Shown here one piece after another: positions 23,489 to 35,500 of a stretch of DNA of 64,000 nucleotides (its first letter is position 1; each line of letters starts with the position of its first letter). Under the pieces are notes generated by a model, which was not told the origin of the DNA, searched no databases, and worked only from the letters and a program-made list of their open reading frames with translations. The position numbers and the translations under genes are program-made. Source of the DNA: Schizochytrium sp. TIO01 (taxonomy: Eukaryota; Protista; Bigyra: Labyrinthulomycetes); the NCBI GenBank assembly GCA_004764695.1, contig SMSO01000031.1:7980761-8044760 (forward strand). Reading direction: 5' to 3'.

Positions 23489-25111
23489 TATGCCTATGTA
23501 ATCCAAGTTCGACGAAATTCCAGCCGCAAGCCACAAACGAGCCTCACGCACGACCTCAACGTCGTCGCTCCAAATGCGGATTTGATCGTGCTTTGTATTT
23601 TCGTGGATCTTTGCACCACATATATTCAAAGACCTGCCTCGCTCCACACCCTACCTGCCACCTACCCTAAACCCTAATACCCAAGTGCTCCGCGCCAACC
23701 AACCAGTTCCTCTGCTTGGTGCCCCAAGATTGGTTTGGTCCCACTTTGACAAAACAATTATATGGGTGGGACCCTCGCGAGAGCAGTACCGTAGTACTCC
23801 TAAGGTTTATGTTATGAGGCAGATAGGCCCTCGCAGCCCTTTTGTCTTTCTTTTCTTGGTCATCTTTCGTCGGAAAGTGCTTCGGAAAGGCAATAACGCT
23901 CGAGCAATCGCGATTCCGCGACCAAAACGAGGCGAAATGAAGGCGAGGCCGAAGAACTCTGGCACGTACGTGGTCCTGGAGAGGGTTCTTCTCGCGGGCG
24001 AGACGGCGGCCAGGCTTAGGTTCAGGAAATGGCTGGAAAGTTCTTTGGACAACGCAATATCCGCGTGGGCGGAGGTTGAAGTACCAACTTCGAGCTTCAA
24101 TGAACCCGGAAAATGGAAACTATGTTTATTCAACGCCAATTGGGGAATAGAAGCTGTCTCTGAGAACGCATCAAGGAGGCGGTGGTGGTGATGGTGGAGA
24201 AGAAAGCCAATGACGCCTTCGTCCGTAGCTTCTGCGGAGACCGGGGGTGCTCAGGGTTGTGATGTACACTCTGGGAACACTGTTGAAAAGTGGATCAGAG
24301 TGGAATGCATAGTTCGGAATATGGATTTTCAGGCGCTGTGAGAACTCTCATAGAACAGCTTGAGATCAGATTACATATACTGCGCGAAGATGAGCACTGG
24401 ACACATGGAGCAGAAAGTATTAAAACGACTCTCGACGGTCCAGTTCAGGCTTCCAATTGGGAACCTTTTAGAAGAGTAGAGACCGAGTTTAAGTCTAATT
24501 TATTGTTAGGAGGTTGCTCAGAAATGAGATATTTATGTTGAAAGAAACTCACGAGCTAGCTGCACGCCAAGTGAAAGGAGACATTGAAGGCAAGCACATC
24601 GATGTGGAGAATCTTATAATGCTCAAGAGTGTGAATACAAAGGGTTGATCCTTCATTTTATTTTGCTAAAAGGGAAAATAAACGTGGACAATACATCGGA
24701 GTGAATCTTAATTGATACAACCCAGTGCATAGATCAAAGGCGGATAAAGGTGATTACATTTGATCCCCCGAGCTGTTTTCCCAAGAGTAAACCGTAACAC
24801 AAATGAGAGATCCTGTTTATTTAGTTTGATAAAGACAAGACAGAAAACCTAGGGAGATACGTGACCATATTGAAGGACAGCACACACAATGCACCACATG
24901 CGATCCAGCCCAGCAATCTGAATTCTAGAAAGCGACGCGCGCAGTACGGATAGTTGAAAGAAGGGTCCGAGGATAATTGCAAACAGGAAAACACCTCTCT
25001 TTCATAATTTTCATGAAGAAACACACACAATGATGAATAGACAGCAAACAAGCTACAGTCTATTTCGTCGACACGAAGAGGATATTGAACAGTAAAAAAA
25101 AAAAACTCAAA

Positions 25112-25639
25112 CTAAGGACCTGATAAATGGGGCTGCGAGACGCTTAGCTGCGAAGCCTTAGTAGAAAGAGTGCTTCGCGGACTAGACGCACCATCCTCAT
25201 TCTTGCGAGGCTCACGATGTACACGAATGTCGTTAATAGCGAAGCTAGCGAGAGCCAATGGTGCATCGCCAGGTAACCACGGCGCCCCTTCTGCCGTTTG
25301 AAAGTCGCCAATCTTGAACTTCACTCCCCCAGATAGCCCACATTTAGGAAAACAGCCCACAATGGTATCTTCAGGATTTCCCTGCGCCCAGCTAGTAATA
25401 GGGCCACAATATACTGCAGCTTTTTTCCCATTCTGCACAAGTAGACGCATGTATCCATTGGGCGCAATATCCACGATTGCGCCGTATTTGTTGCCCCACC
25501 TTGGGCTGGCGTCATATCCTAGCTGATAATCATTCTCCAGAGCAGCTTCACGAAAAGCAAGTTTAACATCATCGCCTCCGGACCAGCGTCCTATAAGATG
25601 TTCTGGTGACGCTGCTGGCTTGCCAACACAAGACCCCAT
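25112..25639 (-). CDS. Hypothetical protein (175 aa) with an N-myristoylation/palmitoylation-type N-terminus (MGSCVGK)
   Basis: Open frame with globular-looking composition, Gly2 and Cys4, and a Ser-rich tail. No family recognised. Confidence 0.65.
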   Translation of the reverse strand: MGSCVGKPAASPEHLIGRWSGGDDVKLAFREAALENDYQLGYDASPRWGNKYGAIVDIAPNGYMRLLVQNGKKAAVYCGPITSWAQGNPEDTIVGCFPKCGLSGGVKFKIGDFQTAEGAPWLPGDAPLALASFAINDIRVHREPRKNEDGASSPRSTLSTKASQLSVSQPHLSGP

Positions 25640-28600
25640 GACCAGCAAACCTCTTTGGAGTGTCTTCGTTTCGCGCTAACTATAAATTTGATGTTGTTCT
25701 TACTGCAGGTTTTGGTGTTGCTTCAAGTGAAAGTGACGACCTTTTTCAACTGTTACGAGCCAACAACGTCAAGCCACAAGTCAAGCAGACCTCCACATGC
25801 AAACAAGGCAAGCAACGTAGATCCCCACCGCGTCTACAGCAGCGCGTGTATACGCCTTGGTGTCTGCCAAGCTTTGAGCTGTATAAGAGTTTTGAAGCAG
25901 GGGTTGCGTACACGAGACGCTTGTTCGCTTGTTCGCTTTTCTTTTCAGCCTCTATCGTGCACGCGCTGACCGAACTGGCTCGAGAAACCAATTGAACAAG
26001 GGCGAGCAAGTTTCGCAGCGTCACACTCACTCACCGTAGCCCAGGCAGAGATCTCAGACAAACGGTGGAGGCTTTGGGTTCTGGGCGCACAAACATCATA
26101 GCTGGTGCACCAACGGGAGTGGTAGTCTCGGTGCAACGAGCGAGAGCTCAGATTGAAAATTGGGCACGCGCCTGCCTATGAAGAATATAGTACTAGTAGT
26201 ATTACTACTATTAGGTACATGATAATAGCATTAACTCTGCCTTGTGACCTATAAAAGGATTTTTCGCTGACTCGCGCAGCGTTTCGCTTTTTAGAATCAA
26301 TCAAAGGTACTACATACCTACTCGTTATCTCCATCTTAAGCACCTCTCCCGCTAGGACCACCTTTGTGCAAGTTGGCAGCCAGCGAGGATATTCTAAGAG
26401 GTTGCATTCCTATTTTCTTGTAAACTGTGTTTAGTTTCGACTTGCGGAATTTTAAAGGTCTTGCGCTTTCGAGATTTTGTCTGCTCTTAGAACCGCCCTA
26501 GAGCGACCCGCACGTTCAGAAAGAGTGCAGGTAGAGTTTCAGATGTGGATAACTCCTGATAGAACGCGGCAATCCAAACAAGCGGACCCAATCACAAGCA
26601 AGACGAAAACCGTAGACCTAAAATGGAATTGTTGAAGTAAAAAATCAGTTTACCATAGCGAGCGTGGGAAATGTAAGTACTACTGGGTGAGTAACTTTAG
26701 AGTTAAAATATTGGCATTGCTTAGTGGGTCCGGTAGAATTAAAAATTGAAGCACCCCCTCTATCGCTGTTCACGTTCAAATAGAATTAGCATGAACCCTT
26801 TACTCTACGACGCTGATTTCAAACCCTGACTCTTTAACTTTGTGTGTTGTTTAATGAAATATCGATGACATTGACATCTTGTATTGTCAAGTCGAAAACT
26901 CCTTAAACGGAGGCTTGATAACTTATCTCTTGTTTGTATGTGTGTCGATATAACGCTATTTGCTCACTGGTAGATACCTGGTACCGAATTAAGGCGGAGA
27001 TATAGCAATCGTTGAGTTGAAGTTTCTGTCTCGGGTTATTGTACTAGCTGTAGTTTCTTGCTCGCTGTTTCAAATGCATCGTAGTCATCATCTCAAAGCG
27101 ACATAGGAAAAAAAGGAAGAGACTATTGTGGGTGTTCATAAGTATTCCATGTTTTTTTAAAGATACCGTACTATTCCAGTACTTTGAATTAAAAAACAAC
27201 CATGTCCGTGGCTTCGTTGAAAGGAAAATGATGCATTGCTTATGCTAATTGTGAAGCAAACTGAGATTATCAGGCGTGGGATCACCTGATCAAGTATTGT
27301 TAATTACACAACAGAACACAACGCTGGTAGAGGTGAAAAAACTGTAGAGTCTGTGCAAGTTTCCCAAGCTGTGTCAGTATTTTCAGTTTCAAAGTCCCAT
27401 GCTAGATACACGGGTTGCTGTGAATTTAGAGTTTATTTCTTAGCTACGTACCATCTACGAAGAGTGCAAGATGAGATTGCTTGATCAGCAAAAGCTAAGA
27501 ACCTTCATAGATCGTACTCAGCACCTGACATTCAAGCTATATGGATTCACCTTTTCATTACTATAGTTATTTCCTTAAGGCCACACAAGCAAATCCACAC
27601 ACTAACACAAAGCTTTCCCAACCACCTTTCAAGCATGAGTTGCAGTTTATTTGTCAGATCAGGTGCTTGGTACTCTTCGGTGAGTAGGTTCCAACTCGCA
27701 TTACCACACACAGGGTCGTCCGCAGTCCTTTCATATAAAAAAAAGGAGCGATATTGTATATACATTGCAAAGTAGCAACAGCACGTACCATGGTACCTAC
27801 TGATTTGTTCGGACTCCTCTCTACTGATTTGTTGGTAAGTAAACTTCGCAGCCTCTGACCCGTCGTTTGCACTACCTGCATTTCTGGCCGCACTTGCACA
27901 GAGCCCCGCGCCTCCGTACGCCACACTAAACTCATCACATTCCTACTCATCATTCGTAGGACGCAAGGTCAAGCTTACTCCGCGAAACCTTCAGGAATTA
28001 CATTTTACAAATGGGTGGTGGCACTACTTGTCGTTCATTTAGTTCCTCAAACCACCGCCAGGTACCTGAGTAACCTTGCACGACCAAGGAGGCAAACGTC
28101 CAAGAACTTTTCCTAGTCTTCTCCGCAGCCACCCAGCTCCTGGTCTCCTCCAAATCGCAGCTTCTTGTCCCGCGAAACCGCTCGCAGCGTGCTCATTTGC
28201 CTAAACTAGTCAACTCATTGCGTTTTCTGCGGGTTCCTAATTTCGCTATACTTTTCACAGTACGTATTTATTTACACATTACAAAGTCATTATGAAACGT
28301 GTCTGTCAATCAATGAATGAGTAACCTTTAAGTTATTTAAAAAATTACATTGAATTACTGTTCCATAGCGGTACTGTTGTAGTGAACAGGGAAGAACGGT
28401 AACTTTCGATGCTCATCACAGCACAGAAAGAAAGAGAAACAGAAAAACTGTACATAATAGTTCGACGACGAATGAAGAACAGCGCACGTGGCGAGCAATT
28501 ACCGGACCCGTGTCAATGAAGGCTTTGGCCGAAATGCTCTGTCTGAGAGTGTCTCCGAAGGTGGAATAAAGGTTAGACCAAGAAGTCCACGCAGCACGAC

Positions 28601-28920
28601 ACGCATACGGAATGTTGCAAGCGTATGCGCTAAAGAAAGATCGTGGCTATGATTAAAGCTCTCTCCGAAGACTTGGCTTTACAAGCTTGGGTCAAAATTC
28701 ATAAAAGTATGGACCTTAAATGCAGTTGAACAGCACCAACAGAACTAATTTGCTTGGGGTACAGATGGTCTATCGTGGCATTGTTCAGGATCTCAGGATT
28801 ATTGCTGCAGCCGGAGACGTGTATTCAGTTGTTCTTGGTTTTCCATCTTCATTTCAGTCAGCTAGGCATTGCAGGGTTTCTTTGACCTTGCGACAATGCG
28901 GCCAAAAAACAAACAACACA

Positions 28921-28960
28921 AAACAATACAATACAAAACAATACAATACAATACAAAACA
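28921..28960. repeat. Imperfect (CAATA)n microsatellite
   Basis: Visible tandem pentamers. Confidence 0.7.
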
Positions 28961-29498
28961 CAATCAATACATGTTCTGCTGAGTCGATCAAACCTGATGT
29001 GAGCAATGCCAGACGGGACGCCGGCAGGAGACTCGACCAGTTCCACGTTTACCAGTTCCACGCAAGCGAGGGCATTTCATGCAAAGCCTTCCTCCAGCAT
29101 CTCTTACAGCGCAGCCACCGCCATCGTTTCCCCTTGTCCCTTAACAGCGACAACCACATCTTCTTCGTCCTCAACCCAAAACAAAGCAAACCATCTTCTC
29201 AACGAGATTGTAATTCCTCGCCTTCGTCTCCAAGCTAGCTTCAAGCAGGCACGGATAAGAGACAGCACAACCGAGTGCATGCATGCCTGCCTCGCCCACT
29301 GCACAGGGTCCTTGACTGCAAATGACACATCCTCGAGCTCTCATAGTCCACGTCTGCGATGGAATCTTTCAAGAATGAAACCTATTTCTAAAAGTAACCA
29401 TTTTGCACTAACAATTCTTTGCTTTGGTAATGAAAGGAAAGATGACACCTGAATCGCCTATGTAGGCTTATGCGGGTCCTAAGACCTCTTCAAGTTGC

Positions 29499-29573
<75 letters not shown>

Positions 29574-29609
29574 AATACATACATAATACATACATACATA
29601 CATACATAC
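29499..29609. repeat. Compound microsatellite: (GAAA)~19 followed by imperfect (TACA)n
   Basis: Directly visible. Confidence 0.95.
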
Positions 29610-29914
29610 TGAAAAGATAACTCTTTCATAGTTAATGAATACGTACGAATGAATTGTTGAGTAATTGGAATGAATGACTGCGCAGCGGCGCCTGATCCAG
29701 ACCCTGATCGCAGGTCCGTCCACGCGGTCTCCGGGGTGCTCGGCGCTGCAGGCGTTGACCCTGGGCCCTGACGCCTCCTCGCGTCAGCCATCGAGCCGCC
29801 CGTGCTCCTGCGGCCGCAGGCCTCCGCCGGGACTCTCCTTCCTGTTGATCGATCTATCTGTTGACCTATTTATTCATTCATTCATTCGTTCATCTGTTTT
29901 TTCTGCTGATTCGT

Positions 29915-29949
<35 letters not shown>
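29915..29949. repeat. (TTTC)n microsatellite, inverted relative to the (GAAA)n tract at 29499
   Basis: Directly visible. Confidence 0.9.
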
Positions 29950-30342
29950 GTCTGTTGAGCGAAACACAAACACGGACGAAACAACTTTGTTGAAAGTGCA
30001 GCAAAGCATCCGCAAGTGGAACAAATCACCCCTAAAATAGAGCTTTCCCGTCGCAAGTAGAACAAAAAACCGGCTCCATAGAGCGTCCTTTTGCTCTACT
30101 TGCGCGGCAGGTTACTATAGGCTTAAGCGGAGCCTTACTATAGATCAAACTGTCGCGCAGTGTAGAATAGGATCGCTACTGTAGGGATTGCGCTTCTTTG
30201 GTTGGTTTTCTTTGGTTTCAAAGGGATCAACAGAAATACATCGATCGATCGAAATTGAACGAAATTGATTGATCACACTGCAATCAATTCCCCAAACCAA
30301 CCCTTGGTCCTCGCGGCCCCTGGCGGGCTCGGTGGCGGGCAT

Positions 30343-32568
30343 ATGTATGCCGCTCCCGGGGGGTACTCGACGGTTTCTGTGCAGAGCTGCTGCGTAGGCC
30401 GCTGTCGTGAGGTCTCAAAAGTGGCAGTGTCCTTGCCTCTGTCCACGATGACTTCCTGCACTAACTCCACAACGCCTGTGCAGGCAAGCATGTCTCGTCG
30501 TCAGCGCATTCCTCGTAGTGCTTCATATGCGCGGCCTTGTTTTGGACTTTACAATCTGGCTGTCCAAGTCTTTGTCGTGGCCTCTATGGCGATACTTTTT
30601 AGTGCGGTTGAAACCCAAGCTCAGGGCACCGAAGTAAGCGCCTCCGAAGTCTTCACAATAGCGCAGCAAAAAGCTATTGCGTTTACGCCCAAGGCCACCG
30701 GCGCCCTCTCACTTGTTGGGTCAGTCTTTATTTTCGCCTCCATCCTGAAACGGCTCAAGTCTGGCGAAGAGATGCGTCAATACCATCGCATCCTTGTCAT
30801 GATGAGCATCTTCGACTTTCTCGGATCCGCTTGGTTCTTCGCTTCGAGCTGGCCAATGCCCGAGGGCACTTCGAACGTTTATGCTGCAATGGGAACGCCA
30901 ACAACTTGCACTGTACAAGGATTCTTTTTACAGTTCAACCTTGCGGTGCCCTTTTATTACACATTTTTGTCCATCAATTATGTATTAACTATTCGCTACG
31001 AGTGGCGCGAAGGGCATCTTCGCAGTATCGAGCCGTACATGCACGCAGTGGCAATTTTATTCCCGTTAGCAACAGCCATTGCTGCAATTCCTCTAGACCA
31101 ATATAACGCCGCAGGGCAGTGGTGTTGGATCGCCCGGTACCCGCTTGATTGTACATCAACTGCGTACGCCACCACGGCCACGCCTGCGTCTTGCGAACGT
31201 GGAGATAATGCTGCAATTTACCAGTGGGCCTTTTTTTATGCCCCTCTTTGGGCTCTGATGATCAGTGCGCTTGTCTGCATGACGCTTGTTTACCTGCATG
31301 TCTGGCGCCAGGAGAAGCGCGTTTCTAGGTATCTCGTGCAAACTCGGTCAGGACGGGCGTCTTTTACAAAGTCAAAGCGTGTCGCAGTTCAGGGTGCCTT
31401 ATATGTGGCATGTTTTTATATAACATGGATTTTTGGTACAATTAACCGATTGTATCAGACAGGTACAAATAAGAACAACTTTGCGCTCATGTACTTGCAT
31501 AGCTTCTTTGTACCTTTGCAAGGGTTCTTAAACTTCTTTGTGTATATTCGGCCACGCTTCTACAACCAGCGCAGCACTGGTATCGCTGATAAGAACTGGT
31601 TGGTGCGCTTTGTGTGTCTCTTTGACTGGCCTTGTTGCCCACGGGGGGAGGTCCCACCCAAAAGTTTTCATACAAGTCGTCGCAGTGGAGACGAACCTTC
31701 ACCTGAAGCTCCGCCTGGAAGCAAGGAATGCAGGAGTGCAGGAAGTGGCGGTACGGGCTCTCAATCAAGCAAACACCAGAGCAAAAAGGCAGCCGACGCT
31801 ACGTACCTTGCATCAACGTACAATGACGAAACAACAAATGGCCATAGTAGCTCAAGTGTTCAGGAAATCCTTCGTGCCGTTGATGTGATCTCATTACGCC
31901 GACCTAACAACGAAGATGCACCAACCTCACCTATATTGGTAGCATCACCACCTACACCTGTTGGACAAGGTATGCATGATGTGCTCAATCTCTCTGAAGG
32001 AGAACACATTAAAACACAAGAAGACACAGATGCTGAAGGCGATGCCGAGGTCGGAGGCGTGGAGCTCATGACTCTCGCTAATAATGGGCATGGTTCTAAT
32101 CATGATACCAGTAAGCATAAAGGAGCTGCTACAGATATTACAGAGGAGCGTCTTTCTTCACGAACTGAGCAAACTGTTGCGGTCATGAGTAGAAATACAA
32201 GCTCAAACGCCAGCGAAGACAGAGACAATTCTGACGAGGCGGTTGCCCCACCGATTAGTCCAGATGGGAGCAAACACTCAACTTCTCCCATCAATATGAC
32301 TGTAACCGGTCGAGAACCTTATGCTGCAAATAGCAGCCATAGCAACACTGTACAGACTGTGAGAAATGAAAGCGATCTCCCAACAGACGACAGCGAATAT
32401 GAAGACGATGGAGAAACCTTCAACAGTAGTGATGCTAATGATGAGTCACGCAAGAAAAGGAAGAATACCAAAGCAAGCAACTTCGTGGAGGAAGAAGACG
32501 GCACGAAGGAGCGAGCAGGCTCGAATGGCTATGCAGCGGCTTCTTCTACCGCGTTAAGGTTCACCTGA
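30343..32568 (+). CDS. Seven-transmembrane GPCR, cAMP-receptor (cAR)/Git3-like family, with a long disordered C-tail
   Basis: Seven hydrophobic segments and motifs SLVGSVFI, RILVMMSIFD, CTVQGFFLQF, WCWI, FFYAPLW, LYVACFYITW, FFVPLQGFLNFFVYIRP. The start is uncertain (in-frame ATGs at 30343, 30448, 30490). Confidence 0.88.
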   Translation: MYAAPGGYSTVSVQSCCVGRCREVSKVAVSLPLSTMTSCTNSTTPVQASMSRRQRIPRSASYARPCFGLYNLAVQVFVVASMAILFSAVETQAQGTEVSASEVFTIAQQKAIAFTPKATGALSLVGSVFIFASILKRLKSGEEMRQYHRILVMMSIFDFLGSAWFFASSWPMPEGTSNVYAAMGTPTTCTVQGFFLQFNLAVPFYYTFLSINYVLTIRYEWREGHLRSIEPYMHAVAILFPLATAIAAIPLDQYNAAGQWCWIARYPLDCTSTAYATTATPASCERGDNAAIYQWAFFYAPLWALMISALVCMTLVYLHVWRQEKRVSRYLVQTRSGRASFTKSKRVAVQGALYVACFYITWIFGTINRLYQTGTNKNNFALMYLHSFFVPLQGFLNFFVYIRPRFYNQRSTGIADKNWLVRFVCLFDWPCCPRGEVPPKSFHTSRRSGDEPSPEAPPGSKECRSAGSGGTGSQSSKHQSKKAADATYLASTYNDETTNGHSSSSVQEILRAVDVISLRRPNNEDAPTSPILVASPPTPVGQGMHDVLNLSEGEHIKTQEDTDAEGDAEVGGVELMTLANNGHGSNHDTSKHKGAATDITEERLSSRTEQTVAVMSRNTSSNASEDRDNSDEAVAPPISPDGSKHSTSPINMTVTGREPYAANSSHSNTVQTVRNESDLPTDDSEYEDDGETFNSSDANDESRKKRKNTKASNFVEEEDGTKERAGSNGYAAASSTALRFT

Positions 32569-35500
32569 TGCGTCTTTGTGCAAATAGTGGCTCGCAAATA
32601 GTGATCACTTAACACGAAAGCCGACTGACTCTTCTATGCCTGGCTACCTGAAAATAAAGAAACCCAATAAAGAAGACGAAGAAAACGAAGACTAAAGAGG
32701 AAGAGGGGAATGTCAAAATGATGATCTAAATTTTCTTCTGTTTTTCAAACAGAAAAAGGTTGGAGCCTCTAGTTTTGATTATTCTTTTTCTTATTTCCTT
32801 CCACATATGTTTTCTTTTGTTCTTTGAAACATGCTGCAAGCACAAAACACCTGTGGGTCTGATTTACGAGGTCCTTCTAACCATTTATTTGTAGATCTGC
32901 TTTATTTGTTTTTAAAACTAAAACACACCAATTTTAGCTCATGTATCATGATTTCCCAAATGGCATCTTCTTTTAACTTGATTAAATCAATTTTGCAGAT
33001 TGTGTCGCCTTTTGCTCTTTTTATATCCTGTTTTGTCGCTGCTTCCTTTTCGAGTCGATGGCAGCAAAAAAATTTTTTAAAGGCGCTTGCAATATGGAGG
33101 AGGCGTAACCATTGTGTCTATTTTTGGCAATTCACAGGGTAGATGCTCAGCGCATGTATTCTAAAAGCGTACAAATGCTAAGAATGGAATGATTGGCCTT
33201 GAATCCAAGGTGATTCAATCCACATTGGTGAATAGTCGAGAATGATGATGTCTTGACACTGTTGCCCTTACTGGCGTCGCTTCAACGAGGATAACGGTTT
33301 CTACTATCCAGAATTGAAAGCTTTATACCACTGTCTGTTCCTCTTTTTCTTCGGAAGCTCTTCAAAGTTGAATGAACATCGCATATTTTAATTATGCTAA
33401 AATTAGTGTTGGTCGCAGAATTTGCCGTTGTCACTTTCATCTCCTGATCTTCGAGTACTGAAAACCATTTAACAAGCTGTGAAGGCTTCCCATGCTCTAG
33501 CTGATCGTCTCTTCTCTAGAGCAAGGTTTCCTCAGCGTTGGAGCCTGATATTGAATTTCAATCCGCGCGATTTCATGCAAAAAAGAAAAGAAAAAAAAAA
33601 AAGAGGTACCGAACCGGGCAAAATGAAGTTTCACTCATAAAAGCAGCGATAACAAACGAAACAGAGTGAGGAGTAGGGAAGTTCTTTCTGCCATCAACTA
33701 ATTTATTCAGACCTCTCTTTGATAATATCTACCTACCACTACCTTTTTCTTGCATCGGCGCCAATGTTCCAGCTTGGTGGTTGCTACCGCCCACCAATTA
33801 TTCCCTAAAAAAATTTACCAAGTCAAGAAATTATACCAAGTCAAGAGAAGTGAATTCCCAGGTCTTCACCGCAAGCAAGTGTCGGCTATCGTAGCCTCAA
33901 GAGTGCTTTCGTTGAAGTCGGTGAGTCTCTTTCACGAAACAGTTGGCAAGTAAGTGGTAGTTCATTCGTTTCTCTTACATTCTCAGGCATTTTCTTCTTC
34001 AAAGAAAACGACAGGAACTATCTCACAAATTCAACACTAAAGGTCCGTGTCCGGCAGTGTTGCCGACCTGGCGTGGTCTTCTATCTCAGCAGGTACTAAG
34101 GTCGCTGCGTCCCACGAGTTTGACAGCCCTCGGTCCTAGAAAGTATCCTGGCCATTGAACTGCATTAAACACAGAAACTTCAGAAGAAGCCTGAGCTATA
34201 GTCCTCGCTCAAGCTTCTTTTCGGAGTCAGTGCCAACCTCCCGATCAAACGACTCCTGCCTAGACGCCAGTAATGGCTCTGAAGCGCTGCGCCTTTAGGA
34301 GCTCATGAGCCCATGATATGAACCAACGGCATGAAGTTTGTAATTATCGCAGTGACAGCGCGTGAATAAGAAAGAATACATATTTCATGAGTTATGATTT
34401 ACAGCGTTCACCACAGAAGTGATGAACGAATCAAAAGAAGTTACCAAACCTATACCAGAAAGGACTTGGGCTAGCTAACGTTCGACTTTAGCTCCATGGG
34501 TGCGCTGCGACTTGCGGCCTAACCTTTTGGGACGTTGAAGCTTATTCCTCTCGAGTCATCGTGGTCCCAATGGCAATTTGGAGCTCAGCCTCGGCCAAAG
34601 ACATTGCTACCTCCAGCTCCAAGGCTCCCTACTGGTAACAGGTGCCTTCTTCAGGAGCTCCAGATAAAGCATCGCTCTACATTATCATTATCTTGATAAT
34701 TGTGTCATGTCTGTCAACAACATGTTATACAAGAGGGTAATAATTTAGACGTAGATTCGTATGCCGGGCTATCGATGTTTTATTAAAGAAAGTGATGGTC
34801 AATTGATCATTAGTGGAATTGCGTGTTCTGTTGCAAGTTCAAAGTGTTAAGGTGCAGGTTGATTACCTTCTGCTCAATCGTGTGCTAGGAAATACAAGGA
34901 CACCTTTCAGGTTCTTGAAGCTCGAAATATTGATTGATCATGATTTCGTCCAAGCTAGTATCCTGTTGTCTTCTTGACAAACCTCAATATGCGTAGTATG
35001 CTTTTCAAAAGTCTGGCATAGCTTGAGCCTACTCGTACCGATTTTCTGTCATGGCCACTTGCCCAAGCTGTCCTCCTGGGCCTCCAAAAACCTACTTATA
35101 ACTTTAACTTATCTAGGTCCACTTCAATGACTTTTTGCGCTTGCAGCTACAGCAAGTCTTTAATGCGATTTATTCAAGTAAGTCTGACATCAACCGGTAA
35201 ATGAAATGAGAAAGCCGAGCTTGCTTGGGGTCTATCGTTGTAAGCTTCGCACAATCATAAACCTCAAGTTCTTTAGAGTCTCTAGGCTTTCATTTTATAA
35301 TTAATTTTTTAATTAAAAAAAAAAAAAAAAAGATCTATCAGATTAAAAATTATAATATAGATAAAATATACGAAATAATTAAAAGTAGCCTTAGTAGTGG
35401 AGCCAGCCTCTGAGACTGAAGGTCCCTTAATTACTTTAATACTTTACTACTCGGCCTCATTGCACTAAATCATCACAAGTTTGATAGGGTGAGAAGATTC

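Noticed and set aside
23685-24541. 168-aa and 83-aa plus-strand ORFs divergent from purD
   Set aside because: Non-ATG starts, broken frames and no recognisable domain; a decayed gene cannot be excluded, but it is not supportable.
28720-29958. ORFs spanning microsatellites (FLSF and NTKQY repeats)
   Set aside because: Open frames are explained by the simple repeats.
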